From Balanoglossus misakiensis (lineage: Eukaryota; Animalia; Hemichordata), in NCBI GenBank assembly GCA_040954595.2, contig CM082584.2:1705344-1769343 (forward strand): a stretch of 64,000 nt of DNA. Direction: 5' to 3'. Below the pieces are notes generated by a model. It saw nothing but the letters and a program-made list of their open reading frames with translations, ran no database searches and had not been told where the DNA came from. Positions 1-15,000 of this stretch are shown here, piece after piece. The translations under genes were made by a program, and so were the position numbers. How positions within the stretch are numbered: position 1 is the first letter of the stretch; each line of letters starts with the position of its first letter.

Positions 1-3000
1 TATCCAAGTAGATCAAGGGTCATTGCCAAGATTATCAAAATATTTGGGTTAAGTCATGGCAGCAATAGTAGTCACGTAAACAAAATCATGACTGTTGTGC
101 TTTTTAACAAGAGACATATCCAAGTAGATCAAGGGTCATGGCCAAAATTATAAAAAATATTTGGGTTATGTCCTGGCAGCAATAAAACTTGTGTGAACAC
201 AATCATGACTGTTGTGCTTTTTAACAAGAGACATATCCAAGTAGATCAAGGGTCATTGCCAAAATTATCAAAATATTTGGGTTATGTCATGTCAGCAATA
301 AAACTCATGTGAACAAAATAATGACTGTTGTGCTTTTTAACAAGAGACATATCCAAGTATATCAAGAGTCATTGGCAAAATTATCAAAATATTTGGGTTA
401 TGTCCTGGCAGCAATAGTAGTCACGTAAACAAAATCATGACTGTTGTGCTTTTTAACAAGAGACATATCCAAGTAGATCAAGGGTCACGGCCAAAATTAT
501 AAAAAATATTTGGGTTATGTCCTGGCAGCAATAAAACTTGTGTGAACACAATCATGACTGTTGTGCTTTTTAACAAGAGACATATCCAAGTAGATCAAGG
601 GTCATTGCCAAAATTATCAAAATATTTGGGTTATGTCATGTCAGCAATAAAACTCATGTAGATCTAGAGTCATTGCCAAAATTATCAAAATATTTGGTAT
701 ATGTCCTGGCAGCAATAAAATTCATGTTAACAAAATCATGACTGATGTGCTTTTTAACAAGAGACATATCCAGGTAGATCAAGGGTCATTGCCAAAATTA
801 TCAAAATATTTGGGTTATGTCCTGGCAGCAATAAAACTCATGTTAACAAAATCATGACTGATGTGCTTTTTAACAAGAGACATATCCAAGTAGATCAAGG
901 GTCATTGCCAAAATTATCAAAATATTTGGGTTATGTCCTGACAGCAATAAAACTCGTGTGAACACAATCATGACTGTTGTGCTCTTTAACAAGAGACATA
1001 TCAAAGAAGATCAAGGGTCATTGCCATAATTATCAAAATATTTGGGTTATGTCCTGGGAGCAATAAAACTCATGTGAACAAAATAATGACTGTTGTGCTT
1101 TTTAACAAGAGACATATCCAAGTAGATCAAGAGTCATTGGCAAAATTATCAAAATATTTGGTATATGTCCTGGCAGCAATAAAACGCATGTGAGCACAAT
1201 CATGACTGTTGTGCTTTTTATCAAGAGACATATCCAAGTAGATCAAGGGTCATTGCCCAAATTATCAAAATATTTGGGTTAAGTCCTGGCAGCAATAGTA
1301 GTCACGTAAACAAAATCATGACTGTTGTGCTTTTTAACAAGAGACATATCCAAGTAGATCAAGGGTCATGGCCAAAATTATCAAAATATTTGGGGTATGT
1401 CCTGGCAGCAATAAAACTCGTGTGAACACAATCATGACTGTTGTGCTTTTTATCAAGAGACATATCCAAGTAGATCAAGGGTCATTGCCAAGATTATCAA
1501 AATATTTGGGTTAAGTCATGGCAGCAATAGTAGTCACGTAAACAAAATCATGACTGTTGTGCTTTTTAACAAGAGACATATCCAAGTAGATCAAGGGTCA
1601 TGGCCAAAATTATAAAAAATATTTGGGTTATGTCCTGGCAGCAATAAAACTTGTGTGAACACAATCATGACTGTTGTGCTTTTTAACAAGAGACATATCC
1701 AAGTAGATCAAGGGTCATTGCCAAAATTATCAAAATATTTGGGTTATGTCATGTCAGCAATAAAACTCATGTGAACAAAATAATGACTGTTGTGCTTTTT
1801 AACAAGAGACATATCCAAGTATATCAAGAGTCATTGGCAAAATTATCAAAATATTTGGGTTATGTCCTGGCAGCAATAGTAGTCACGTAAACAAAATCAT
1901 GACTGTTGTGCTTTTTAACAAGAGACATATCCAAGTAGATCAAGGGTCACGGCCAAAATTATAAAAAATATTTGGGTTATGTCCTGGCAGCAATAAAACT
2001 TGTGTGAACACAATCATGACTGTTGTGCTTTTTAACAAGAGACATATCCAAGTAGATCAAGGGTCATTGCCAAAATTATCAAAATATTTGGGTTATGTCA
2101 TGTCAGCAATAAAACTCATGTAGATCTAGAGTCATTGCCAAAATTATCAAAATATTTGGTATATGTCCTGGCAGCAATAAAATTCATGTTAACAAAATCA
2201 TGACTGATGTGCTTTTTAACAAGAGACATATCCAAGTAGATCAAGGGTCATTGCCAAAATTATCAAAATATTTGGGTTATGTCCTGGCAGCAATAAAACT
2301 CATGTTAACAAAATCATGACTGATGTGCTTTTTAACAAGAGACATATCCAAGTAGATCAAGGGTCATTGCCAAAATTATCAAAATATTTGGGTTATGTCC
2401 TGACAGCAATAAAACTCGTGTGAACACAATCATGACTGTTGTGCTCTTTAACAAGAGACATATCAAAGAAGATCAAGGGTCATTGCCATAATTATCAAAA
2501 TATTTGGGTTATGTCCTGGGAGCAATAAAACTCATGTGAACAAAATAATGACTGTTGTGCTTTTTAACAAGAGACATATCCAAGTAGATCAAGAGTCATT
2601 GGCAAAATTATCAAAATATTTGGTATATGTCCTGGCAGCAATAAAACGCATGTGAGCACAATCATGACTGTTGTGCTTTTTATCAAGAGACATATCCAAG
2701 TAGATCAAGGGTCATTGCCCAAATTATCAAAATATTTGGGTTAAGTCCTGGCAGCAATAGTAGTCACGTAAACAAAATCATGACTGTTGTGCTTTTTAAC
2801 AAGAGACATATCCAAGTAGATCAAGGGTCATGGCCAAAATTATAAAAAATATTTGGGTTATGTCCTGGCAGCAATAAAACTTGTGTGAACACAATCATGA
2901 CTGTTGTGCTTTTTAACAAGAGACATATCCAAGTAGATCAAGGGTCATTGCCAAAATTATCAAAATATTTGGGTTATGTCATGTCAGCAATAAAACTCAT

Positions 3001-6000
3001 GTAGATCCACAGTCATTGCAAAAAATTATCAAAATATTTGGTATATGTCCTGGCAGCAATAAAATTCATGTTAACAAAATCATGACTGATGTGCTTTTTA
3101 ACAAGAGACATATCCAAGTAGATCAAGGGTCATTGCCAAAATTATCAAAATATTTGGGTTATGTCCTGGCAGCAATAAAACTCGTGTGAACACAATCATG
3201 ACTGTTGTGCTTTTTAACAAGAGACATATCCAAGAAGATCAAGGGTCATTACCAAAATTATCAAAATATTTGGGTTATGTCCTGGCAGCAATAAAACTCA
3301 TGTGAACACAATCATGACTGTTGTGCTTTTTATCAAGAGACATATCCAAGTAGATCAAGGGTCATTGCCAAAATTATCAAAATATTTGGGTTATGTCCTG
3401 GCAGCAATAAAACTCGTGTGAACACAATCATGACTGTTGTGCTTTTTAACAAGAGACATATCCAAGTAGATCAAGGGTCATTGCCAAAATTATCAAAATA
3501 TTTGGGTTATGTCCTGGCAGCAATAGTAGTCACGTAAACAAAATCATGACTGTTGTGCTTTTTAACAAGAGACATATCCAAGTAAATCAAGGGTCATTGC
3601 CAAAATTATCAAAATATTTTGGTTGTGTCATGGCAGCAATAAAACTCATGTGAACAAAATAATGACTGTTGGGCTTTTTATCAAGAGACATATCCAAGTA
3701 GTTCAAGGGTCATTGCCATAATTATCAAAATATTTAGGTTATGTCCTGGCAGCAATAAAACTCATGTGAACAAAATAATGACTGTTGTGCTTTTTAACAA
3801 GAGACATATCCAAGTAGAGCAAGAGTCATTGCCAAAATTATCAAAATATTTGGTGTATGTCCTGGCAGCAATAAAACTCATGTTAACAAAATCATGACTG
3901 ATGTGCTTTTTAACAAGAGACATATCCAAGTAGATCAAGGGTCATTGCCAAAATTATCAAAATATTTGGGTTATGTCCTGACAGCAATAAAACTCGTGAG
4001 AACACAATCATGACTGTTGTGCTCTTTAACAAGAGACATATCCAAGAAGATCAAGGGTCATTGCCATAATTATCAAAATATTTGGGTTATGTCCTGGCAG
4101 CAATAAAACTCATGTGAACAAAATAATGACTGTTGTGCTTTTTAACAAGAGACATATCCAAGTAGATCAAGAGTCATTGCCAAAATTATCAAAATATTTG
4201 GGTTATGTCCTGGCAGCAATAAAACTCGTGTGAACACAATCATGACTGTTGTGCTTTTTAACAAGAGACATATCCAAGTAGATCAAGGGTCATTGCCAAA
4301 ATTATCAAAAAATTTGGGTTATCTCCTGGCAGCAATAGTAGTCACGTAAACAAAATCATGACTGTTGTGCTTTTTAACAAGAGACATATCCAAGTAGATC
4401 AAGGGTCATTGCCAAAATTATTGAAATATTTTGGTTATGTCCTGGCAGCAATAAAACTCATGTGAACACAATAATGACTGTTGTGCTTTTTAACAAGAGA
4501 CATATCCAAGTAGTTCAAGGGTCATTGCCAAAATTATCAAAATATTTGGGTTATGTCATGGCAGCAATAAAACTCATGTGAACAAAATAATGACTGTTGG
4601 GCTTTTTATCAAGAGACATATCCAAGTAGTTCAAGGGTCATTGCCATAATTATCAAAATATTTAGGTTATGTCCTGGCAGCAATAAAACTCATGTGAACA
4701 AAATAATGACTGTTGTGCTTTTTAACAAGAGACATATCCAAGTAGATCAAGAGTCATTGCCAAAATTATCAAAATATTTGGTGTATGTCCTGGCAGCAAT
4801 AAAACTCATGTTAACAAAATCATGACTGATGTGCTTTTTAACAAGAGACGTATCCAAGTAGATCAAGGGTCATTGCCAAAATTATCAAAATATTTGGGTT
4901 ATGTCCTGACAGCAATAAAACTCGTGAGAACACAATCATGACTGTTGTGCTCTTTAACAAGAGACATATCCAAGAAGATCAAGGGTCATTGCCATAATTA
5001 TCAAAATATTTGGGTTATGTCCTGGCAGCAATAAAACTCATGTGAACAAAATAATGACTGTTGTGCTTTTTAACAAGAGACATATCCAAGTAGATCAAGA
5101 GTCATTGCCAAAATTATCAAAATATTTGGGTTATGTCATGGCAGCAATAAAACTCATGTGAACAAAATAATGACTGTTGGGCTTTTTATCAAGAGACATA
5201 TCCAAGTAGTTCAAGGGTCATTGCCATAATTATCAAAATATTTAGGTTATGTCCTGGCAGCAATAAAACTCATGTGAACAAAATAATGACTGTTGTGCTT
5301 TTTAACAAGAGACATACCCAAGTAGATCAAGAGTCATTGCCAAAATTATCAAAATATTTAGGTTATGTCCTGGCAGCAATAAAACTCATGTGAACAAAAT
5401 AATGACTGTTGTGCTTTTTAACAAGAGACATATCCAAGTAGATCAAGAGTCATTGCCAAAATTATCAAAATATTTGGTGTATGTCCTGGCAGCAATAAAA
5501 CTCATGTTAACAAAATCATGACTGATGTGCTTTTTAACAAGAGACATATCCAAGTAGATCAAGGGTCATTGCCAAAATTATCAAAATATTTGGGTTATGT
5601 CCTGACAGCAATAAAACTCGTGTGAACACAATCATGACTGTGGTGCTCTTTAACAAGAGACATATCCAAGAAGATCAAAGGTCATTGTCATAATTATCAA
5701 AATATTTGGGTTATGTCCTGGCAGCAATAAAACTCATGTGAACAAAATAATGACTGTTGTGCTTTTTAACAAGAGACATATCCAAGTAGATCAAGAGTCA
5801 TTGCCAAAATTATCAAAATATTTGGTATTTGTCCTGGCAGCAATAAAACTCATGTGAGCACAATCATGACTGTTGTGCTTTTTATCAAGAGACATATCCA
5901 AGTAGATCAAGAGTCATTGCCAAAATTATCAAAATATTTGGGTTAAGTCCTGGCAGCAATAGTAGTCACGTAAACAAAATCATGACTTTTGTGCTTTTTA

Positions 6001-9000
6001 ACAAGAGACATATCCAAGTAGATCAAGGGTCATGGCCAAAATTATCAAAATATTTGGGTTATGTCCTGGCAGCAATAAAACTCGTGTGAACACAATCATG
6101 ACTGTTGTGCTTTTTATCAAGAGACATATCCAAGTACATCAAGGGTCATTGCCAAGATTATCAAAATATTTGGGTTAAGTCCTGGCAGCAATAGTAGTCA
6201 CGTAAACAAAATCATGACTGTTGTGCTTTTTAACAAGAGACATATCCAAGTAGATCAAGGGTCATGGCCAAAATTATGAAAAATATTTGGGTTATGTCCT
6301 GGCAGCAATAAAACTTGTGTGAACACAATCATGACTGTTGTGCTTTTTAACAAGAGACATATCCAAGTAGATCAAGGGTCATTGCCAAAATTATCAAAAT
6401 ATTTGGGTTATGTCGTGGCAGCAATAGTAGTCACGTAAACAAAATCATGACTGTTGTGCTTTTTAACAAGAGACATATCCAAGTAGATCAAGGGTCATGG
6501 CCAAAATTATCAAAATATTTGGGTTATGTCCTGGCAGCAATAAAACTCGTGTGAACACAATCATGACTGTTGTGCTTTTTATCAAGAGACATATCCAAGT
6601 AGATCAAGGGTCATTGCCAAGATTATCAAAATATTTGGGTTAAGTCCTGGCAGCAATAGTAGTCACGTAAACAAAATCATGACTGTTGTGCTTTTTAACA
6701 AGAGACATATCCAAGTAGATCAAGGGTCATGGCCAAAATTATGAAAAATATTTGGGTTATGTCCTGGCAGCAATAAAACTTGTGTGAACACAATCATGAC
6801 TGTTGTGCTTTTTAACAAGAGACATATCCAAGTAGATCAAGGGTCATTGCCAAAATTATCAAAATATTTGGGTTATGTCCTGGCAGCAATAGTAGTCACG
6901 TAAACAAAATCATGACTGTTGTGCTTTTTAACAAGAGACATATCCAAGTAGATCAAGGGTCATGGCCAAAATTATCAAAATATTTGGGTTATGTCCTGGC
7001 AGCAATAAAACTCGTGTGAACACAATCATGACTGTTGTGCTTTTTATCAAGAGACATATCCAAGTAGATCAAGGGTCATTGCCAAGATTATCAAAATATT
7101 TGGGTTAAGTCCTGGCAGCAATAGTAGTCACGTAAACAAAATCATGACTGTTGTGCTTTTTAACAAGAGACATATCCAAGTAGATCAAGGGTCATGGCCA
7201 AAATTATCAAAATATTTGGGTTATGTCCTGGCAGCAATAAAACTCGTGTGAACACAATCATGACTGTTGTGCTTTTTATCAAGAGACATATCCAAGTAGA
7301 TCAAGGGTCATTGCCAAGATTATCAAAATATTTGGGTTAAGTCCTGGCAGCAATAGTAGTCACGTAAACAAAATCATGACTGTTGTGCTTTTTAACAAGA
7401 GACATATCCAAGTAGATCAAGGGTCATGGCCAAAATTATGAAAAATATTTGGGTTATGTCCTGGCAGCAATAAAACTTGTGTGAACACAATCATGACTGT
7501 TGTGCTTTTTAACAAGAGACATATCCAAGTAGATCAAGGGTCATTGCCAAAATTATCAAAATATTTGGGTTATGTCCTGGCAGCAATAGTAGTCACGTAA
7601 ACAAAATCATGACTGTTGTGCTTTTTAACAAGAGACATATCCAAGTAGATCAAGGGTCATGGCCAAAATTATCAAAATATTTGGGTTATGTCCTGGCAGC
7701 AATAAAACTTGTGTGAACACAATCATGACTGTTGTGCTTTTTATCAAGAGACATATCCAAGTAGATCAAGGGTCATTGCCAAGATTATCAAAATATTTGG
7801 GTTAAGTCCTGGCAGCAATAGTAGTCACGTAAACAAAATCATGACTGTTGTGCTTTTTAACAAGAGACATATCCAAGTAGATCAAGGGTCATGGCCAAAA
7901 TTATCAAAATATTTGGGTTATGTCCTGGCAGCAATAAAACTCGTGTGAACACAATCATGACTGTTGTGCTTTTTATCAAGAGACATATCCAAGTAGATCA
8001 AGGGTCATTGCCAAGATTATCAAAATATTTGGGTTAAGTCCTGGCAGCAATAGTAGTCACGTAAACAAAATCATGACTGTTGTGCTTTTTAACAAGAGAC
8101 ATATCCAAGTAGATCAAGGGTCATGGCCAAAATTATGAAAAATATTTGGGTTATGTCCTGGCAGCAATAAAACTTGTGTGAACACAATCATGACTGTTGT
8201 GCTTTTTAACAAGAGACATATCCAAGTAGATCAAGGGTCATTGCCAAAATTATCAAAATATTTGGGTTATGTCCTGGCAGCAATAGTAGTCACGTAAACA
8301 AAATCATGACTGTTGTGCTTATTAACAAGAGACATATCCAAGTAGATCAAGGGTCATGGCCAAAATTATGAAAAATATTTGGGTTATGTCCTGGCAGCAA
8401 TAAAACTTGTGTGAACACAATCATGACTGTTGTGCTTTTTAACAAGAGACATATCCAAGTAGATCAAGGGTCATTGTCAAAATTATCAAAATATTTGGTA
8501 TATGTCCTGGCAGCAATAAAATTCATGTTAACAAAATCATGACTGATGTGCTTTTTAACAAGAGACATATCCAAGAAGATCAAGGGTCATTACCAAAATT
8601 ATAAAAATATTTGGGTTATGTCCTCGCAGCAATAAAACTTGTGTGAACACAATCATGACTGTTGTGCTTTTTATCAAGAGATATATCTAAGTAGATCAAG
8701 GGTCATTGCCAAAATTATCAAAATATTTGGGTTAAGTCCTGGCAGCAATAGTAGTCACGTAAACAAAATCATGACTGTTGTGCTTTTTAACAAGAGACAT
8801 ATCCAAGTCGATCAAGGGTCATTACCAAAATTATCAAAATATTTGGGTTATGTCCTGGCAGCAATAGAATTCATGTGAACAAAATCATGACTGTTGGGCT
8901 GTTTATCAAGAGACATATCCAAGTAGTTCAAGGGTCATTGCCATAATTATCAAAATAGTTTGGTTATGTCCTGCCAGCAATAGTACTCATGTGAACAAAA

Positions 9001-12000
9001 TCCTGACTGTTGTGCATTTTAACAAGAGACATATCCAAGTAGATCAAGAGTCATTGCCAAAATTATCAAAATATTTGGGTTATGTCATGGCAGCAATAAA
9101 ACTCATGTGAACAAAATAATGACTGTTGGGCTTTTTATCAAGAGACATATCCAAGTAGTTCAAGGGTCATTGCCATAATTATCAAAATATTTAGGTTATG
9201 TCCGGGCAGCAATAAAACTCATGTGAACAAAATAATGACTGTTGTGCTTTTTAACAAGAGGCATATCCAAGTAGATCAAGAGTCATTGCCAAAATTATCA
9301 AAATATTTGGTATATGTCCTGGCAGCAATAAAACTCATGTGAGCACAATCATGACTGTTGTGCTTTTTATCAAGAGACATATCCAATAGATCAAGGGTCA
9401 TTGCCAAAATTATCAAAATATTTGGGTCAAGTCCTGGCAGCAATAGTAGTCACGTAAACAAAATCATGACTGTTGTGCTTTTTAACAAGAGACATATCCA
9501 AGTAGATCAAGGGTCATGGCCAAAATTATCAAAATATTTGGGTTATGTCCTGGCAGCAATAAAACTCGTGTGAACACAATCATGACTGTTGTGCTTTTTA
9601 TCAAGAGACATATCCAAGTAGATCAAGGGTCATTGCCAAGATTATCAAAATATTTGGGTTAAGTCCTGGCAGCAATAGCAGTCACGTAAACAAAATCATG
9701 ACTGTTGTGCTTTTTAACAAGAGACATATCCAAGTAGATCAAGGGTCATGGCCAAAATTATAAAAAAATATTTGGGTTATGTCCTGGCAGCAATAAAACT
9801 TGTGTGAACACAATCATGACTGTTGTGCTTTTTAACAAGAGACATATCCAAGTAGATCAAGGGTCATTGCCAAAATTATCAAAATATTTGGGTTATGTCA
9901 TGTCAGCAATAAAACTCATGTGAACAAAATAATGACTGTTGTGCTTTTTAACAAGAGACATATCCAAGTAGATCAAGAGTCATTGCCAAAATTATCAAAA
10001 TATTTGGTATATGTCCTGGCAGCAATAAAATTCATGTTAACAAAATCATGACTGATGTGCTTTTTAACAAGAGACATATCCAAGAAGATCAAGGGTCATT
10101 ACCAAAATTATCAAAATATTTGGGTTATGTCCTGGCAGCAATAAAACTCATGTGAACACAATCATGACTGTTGTGCTTTTTATCAAAGTAGATCAAGGGT
10201 CATTGCCAAAATTATCAAAATATTTGGGTTAAGTCCTGGCAGCAATATTAGTCACGTAAACAAAATCATGACTGTTGTGCTTTTTAACAAGAGACATATC
10301 CAAGTAGATCAAGGGTCATGGCCAAAATTATAAAAATATTTGGGTTATGTCCTGGCAGCAATAAAACTCGTGTGAACACAATCATGACTGTTGTGCTTTT
10401 TATCAAGAGATATATCTAAGTAGATCAAGGGTCATTGCCAAAATTATCAAAATATTTGGGTTAAGTCCTGGCAGCAATAGTAGTCACGTAAACAAAATCA
10501 TGACTGTTGTGCTTTTTAACAAGAGACATATCCAAGTCGATCAAGGGTCATTGCCAAAATTATCAAAATATTTGGGTTATGTCCTGGCAGCAATAGAATT
10601 CATGTGAACAAAATCATGACTGTTGGGCTGTTTATCAAGAGACATATCCAAGTAGTTCAAGGGTCATTGCCATTATTATCAAAATAGTTTGGTTATGTCC
10701 TGCCAGCAATAGTACTCATGTGAACAAAATCCTGACTGTTGTGCATTTTAACAAGAGACATATCCAAGTAGATGAAGAGTCATTGCCAAAATTATCAAAA
10801 TAGTTTGGTTATGTCCTGCCAGCAATAGTACTCATGTGAACAAAATCCTGACTGTTGTGCTTTTTAACAAGAGACATATCCAAGTAGATCAAGGGTCATT
10901 GCCAAAATTATCAAAATATTTGGGTTATGTCCTGGCAGCAATAAAACTCATGTGAACAAAATCATGACTGTTGTGCTTTTTAACAAGAGACATATCCAAG
11001 AAGATCAAGGGTCATTGCCAAAATTATCAAAATATTTGGGTTATGTCCTGGCAGCAATAAAACTCGTGTTAACACAATCATGACTGTTGTGCTTTTTAAC
11101 AAGAGACATATCCAAGTAGATCAAGGGTCATTGCCAAAATTATCAAAATATTTGGGTTATGTCCTGGCAGCGATAAAACTCATGTGAACAAAATCAAGAC
11201 TGTTGTGCTCTTTAACAAGAGACATATCAAAGAAGATCAAGGGTCATTGCCATACTTATCAAAATATTTGGGTTATGTCCTGGCAGCAAGAAAACTCATG
11301 TGAACAAAATAATGACTGTTGTGCTTTTTAACAAGAGACATATCCAAGTAGATCAAGAGTCATTGCCAAAATTATCAAAATATTTGGTATATGTCCTGGC
11401 AGCAATAAAACGCATGTGAGCACAATCATGACTGTTGTGCTTTTTACCAAGAGACATATCCAAGTAGATCAAGGGTCATTGCCCAAATTATCAAAATATT
11501 TGGGTTAAGTCCTAGCAGCAATAGTAGTCACGTAAACAAAATCATGACTGTTGTGCTTTTTAACAAGAGACATATCCAAGTAGATCAAGGGTCATGGCCA
11601 AAATTATCAAAATATTTGGGGTATGTCCTGGCAGCAATAAAACTCGTGTGAACACAATCATGACTGTTGTGCTTTTTATCAAGAGACATATCCAAGTAGA
11701 TCAAGGGTCATGGCCAAAATTATAAAAAATATTTCGGTTATGTCATGTCAGCAATAAAACTCATGTAGATCCAGAGTCATTGCCAAATTTATCAAAATAT
11801 TTGGTATATGTCCTGGCAGCAATAAAATTCATGTTAACAAAATCATGACTGATGTGCTTTTTAACAAGAGACATATCCAAGTAGACCAAGGGTCATTGCC
11901 AAAATTATCAAAATATTTGGGTTATGTCCTGGCAGCAATAAAACTCGTGTGAACACAATCATGACTGTTGTGCTTTTTAACAAGAGACATATCCAAGTAG

Positions 12001-15000
12001 ATCAAGGGTCATTGCCAAAATTATCAAAATATTTGGGTTATGTCCTGGCAGCAATAGTAGTCACGTAAACAAAATCATGACTGTTGTGCTTTTTAACAAG
12101 AGACATATCCAAGTAGATCAAGGGTCATTGCCAAAATTATCAAAATATTTGGGTTATGTCATGGCAGCAATAAAACTCATGTGAACAAAATAATGACTGT
12201 TGGGCTTTTTATCAAGAGACATATCCAAGTAGTTCAAGGGTCATTGCCATAATTATCAAAATATTTAGGTTATGTCCTGGCAGCAATAAAACTCATGTGA
12301 ACCAAATAATGACTGTTGTGCTTTTTAACAAGAGACATATCCAAGTAGATCAAGGGTCATTGCCAAAATTATCAATATATTTGGGTTATGTCCTGGCAGT
12401 GATTAAACTCATGTGAACAAAATCCTGACTGTTGTGCTTTTTAACAAGAGACATATCCAAGTAGATCAAGGGTCATTGCCGAAATTATCAAAATATTTGG
12501 GTTATGTCCTGGCAGCAATAAAACTTGTGTGAACACAATCATGACTGTTGTGCTTTTTATCAAGAGACATATCCAAGTAGATCAAGGGTCATTGCCAAAA
12601 TTATCAAAATATTTGGGTTAAGTCCTGGCAGCAATAGTAGTCACGTAAACAAAATCATGACTGTTGTGCTTTTTAACAAGAGACATATCCAAGTAGATCA
12701 AGGGTCATGGCCAAAATTATAAAAATATTTGGGTTATGTCCTGGCAGCAATAAAACTCGTGTGAACACAATCATGACTGTTGTGCTTTTTATCAAGAGAC
12801 ATATCTAAGTAGATCAAGGGTCATTGCCAAAATTATCAAAATATTTGGGTTAAGTCCTGGCAGCAATAGTAGTCACGTAAACAAAATCATGACTGTTGTG
12901 CTTTTTAACAAGAGACATATCCAAGTCGATCAAGGGTCATTGCCAAAATTATCAAAATATTTGGGTTATGTCCTGGCAGCAATAAAACTCGTGTGAACAC
13001 AATCATGACTGTTGGGCTGTTTATCAAGAGACATATCCAAGTAGTTCAAGGGTCATTGCCATAATTATCAAAATATTTGGGTTATGTCCTGACAGCAATA
13101 GAATTCATGTGAACAAAATCATGTATGTTGTGCATTTTAACAAGAGACATATCCAAGTAGATGAAGAGTCATTGCCAAAATTATCAAAATAGTTTGGTTA
13201 TGTCCTGCCAGCAATAGTACTCATGTGAACAAAATCCTGACTGTTGTGCTTTTTAACAAGAGACATATCCAAGTAGATCAAGGGTCATTGCCAAAATTAT
13301 CAATATATTTGGGTTATGTCCTGGCAGTGATAAAACTCATGTGAACAAAATCCTGACTGTTGTGCTTTTTAACAAGAGACATATCCAAGTAGATCAAGGG
13401 TCATTGCCAAAATTATCAAAATATTTGGGTTATGTCCTGGCAGCAATAAAACTCGTGTGAACACAATCATGACTGTTGTGCTTTTTATCAAGAGACATAT
13501 CCAAGTAGATCAAGGGTCATTGCCAAAATTATCAAAATATTTGGGTTAAGTCCTGGCAGCAATAGTAGTCACGTAAACAAAATCATGACTGTTGTGCTTT
13601 TTAACAAGAGACATATCCAAGTAGATCAAGGGTCATGGCCAAAATTATAAAAAATATTTGGGTTATGTCCTGGCAGCAATAAAACTTGTGTGAACACAAT
13701 CATGACTGTTGTGCTTTTTATCAAGAGACATATCTAAGTAGATCAAGGGTCATTGCCAAAATTATCAAAATATTTGCAGCAATAGTAGTCACGTAAACAA
13801 AATCATGACTGTTGTGCTTTTTAACAAGAGACATATCCAAGTCAATCAAGGGTCATTGCCAAAATTATCAAAATATTTGGGTTATGTCCTGGCAGCAATA
13901 GTAGTCACATAAACAAAATCATGACTGTTGTGCTTTTTAACAAGAGACATATCCAAGTCGATCAAGGGTCATTGCCAAAATTATCAAAATATTTGGGTTA
14001 TGTCCTGGCAGCAATAAAACTCGTGTGAACACAATCATGACTGTTGTGCTTTTTAACAAGAGACATATCCAAGTAGTTCAAGGGTCATTGCCATAATTAT
14101 CAAAATATTTGGGTTATGTCCTGACAGCAATAGAATTCACGTAAACAAAATAATGTCTGTTGTGCATTTTAACAAGAGACATATCCAAGTAGTTCAAGGG
14201 TCATTGCCAAAATTATCAAAATATTTGGGTTATGACATGGCAGCAATAAAACTCATGTGAACAAAATAATGACTGTTCTGCTTTTTAACAAGAGACATAT
14301 CCAAGTAGATCAAGAGTCATTGCCAAAATTATCAAAATATTTGGTATATGTCCTGGCAGCAATAAAATTCATGTTAACAAAATCATGACTGATGTGCTTT
14401 TTAACAAGAGACATATCCAAGAAGATCAAGGGTCATTACCAAAATTATCAAAATATTTGGGTTATGTCCTGACAGCAATAGAATTCATGTGAACAAAATC
14501 ATGTATGTTGTGCATTTTAACAAGAGACATATCCAAGTAGATGAAGAGTCATTGCCAAAATTGTCAAAATATTTGGGTTAAGTCCAGGCAGCAATAGTAG
14601 TCACGTAAACAAAATCATGACTGTTGTGCTTTTTAACAAGAGACATATCCAAGTAGATCAAGGGTCATGGCCAAAGTTATAAAAATATTTGGGTTATGTC
14701 CTGGCAGCAATAAAACTTGTGTGAACACAATCATGACTGTTGTGCTTTTTATCAAGAGACATATCTAAGTAGATCAAGGGTCATTGCCAAAATTATCAAA
14801 ATATTTGGTTTAAGTCCTGGCAGCAATAGAATTCATGTGAACAAAATCATGTATGTTGTGCATTTTAACAAGAGACATATCCAAGTAGATGAAGAGTCAT
14901 TGCCAAAATTATCAAAATAGTTTGGTTATGTCCTGCCAGCAATAGTACTCATGTGAACACAATCCTGACTGTTGTGCTTTTTAACAAGAGACATATCAAA

